DNA of 62,512 nucleotides from Toensbergia leucococca (Eukaryota): NCBI GenBank assembly GCA_022813965.1, contig JALDZS010000145.1, positions 1 to 62,512 of the forward strand, read 5' to 3'. Shown piece by piece: positions 61,129 to 62,512 of this stretch (position 1 is its first letter; each line of letters starts with the position of its first letter). The notes under the pieces were generated by a model. It saw only the letters and a program-made list of their open reading frames with translations, ran no database searches and was not told where the DNA came from. The position numbers and the translations under genes were made by a program.

Positions 61129-62512
61129 ATGACCACCTTACCACCTGCCTACTCAGACGTGTTTGTGGAGCTCAAAAATGAGCTGGGATCAAACCCAACA
61201 TCCCAGAAGGTGCTCGAAGTGGTGTTCAAGCTACCTGAGACGAAAAGGGATGTAATTCTCACGCAATCCCCACCTTTGGAGCCTGCATATATTGCAGAGT
61301 TCCGCATCGCAGTGGCTCAGCAGATGTCACAGTGTCAAAAGGAACTCCGAGTTGCTGGAGACGAGACAGCAAAAGCATGTAAAGCTATCGACGAAATGTT
61401 TAAAAAGCTTGCAACTGAACTTGTCAAAATCGATCAAATGCACGAACCACCACCAGAAGGGGCTTTTGGACCAAGGTTGGAAAAGATCCGTGCAGTGTGT
61501 TTCTCAATATTGTGATATGGATGATGTTAAAATTCTCCAGACTTACCAAAAGGCAATTCTTGAGAGTGCACGGACAGCCATGAGCATTTCAGTTTATGCT
61601 GCTCGTATGTCTTGTTAACACATCTGAAATGCTGCGTTGACTGTTGATAAGGATTCGATGATGTCCTATTAGACGTGGTCAAGGATACCAATTTATCACA
61701 GGAACAGAAGTTGAAAAAGGTGGATGAGTACATCCACGTATGTCACCAAAAGTCTATGTACGACGAGCAACTAAATTACCGGTTTAGGATGCCGAAAACA
61801 TTGCCACCACTTGTAAGGCTGTGGAGGATAAGTTTGATGCAATTTCCAACGATCTGGCTGCTTTTGTTAAGACGTTCTCGGGCTGGGCTATTGCGAAGGA
61901 GAAGCTGGCGGCCGACGAATTGAAAAGCTTAGAGGATCAGGCAAAAGAACTATGGAACGATTATGAATCGCTTGCCGGCCATCGGAAGCGTGCTGGCTGG
62001 TTAAGTATAGGATGTATTTTCGGCTTCATGTTCGCTATGATATGCGGTCCCATTGGAGTACTTGTCGGCGTAAGACCATCCAAATCGATATTTTGTCGGT
62101 ATGCTCACACAGCGTTATAGCTTGGAATTGCTCTTGTGGGCCTCGGCTCAGGCATTGCTTTCATGTGCTTTCAAGCCGCAGCCAGCAGTGAGTGCTCCCT
62201 AAATCCGATCATCAGTTGTTAGAAAATAGGGCTCTACTGATTAAGCGTTACTGATAGACAAATATGATGCCTGGCAGGCCAAGATGGCTGAAGTACAGAA
62301 AGCAAAGGCGGATGTCAGTAAAATCCAGAACCAGCGAATGCAGCTTGAAGCCCTTGGTGTGTCTTCAGTCGGGATATTCGACAAGAACATCCAGGTTCTC
62401 AAAAAGACTTGGGAATGTGCCAAGACCGATGCGGAGAAGATCAAAAAGTATCTTGAGAACGGCGAGAAACAAATCGTGAGTAGTTTTTTATCTAATTGAT
62501 TAAAACCCTCAC
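61129..62512 (+). CDS. Paralogous helical protein with central hydrophobic hairpin (gene B), 3'-truncated by the window
   Basis: Exons 61129-61494, 61541-61604, 61652-61737, 61788-62069, 62121-62187 and 62258-62475 give an open frame. Intron positions and phases match gene A. Confidence 0.75.

Overview
Gene-dense, intron-containing fungal DNA, most likely a filamentous ascomycete (Pezizomycotina), judged from short GT-AG introns with CTRAC branch sites and the gene families present. Recognisable genes: PAM17, an MBD4-like HhH DNA glycosylase, gamma-glutamyltranspeptidase, an SRPK-like kinase, four MFS transporters and an intronless tRNA-Leu(CAG). These sit among lineage-variable hypothetical genes, at least two large genes broken by single-base lesions, a probable RIP-type transposon relic and a 3 x 212-bp tandem repeat. 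The most striking feature is at the right end: a head-to-head pair of highly diverged paralogues (57788-59406 minus; 61129->62512 plus, truncated). Their intron positions match and four internal exons have identical lengths. Both encode signal-peptide-less alpha-helical proteins with an N-terminal PPxY motif and a central hydrophobic hairpin between coiled coils. That architecture resembles multi-component ClyA/HBL/Nhe/YaxAB alpha-pore-forming toxins. A 17-bp exact repeat lies in their shared promoter. All gene models were built by hand from splice signals; family calls come from motif recognition, not database searches.
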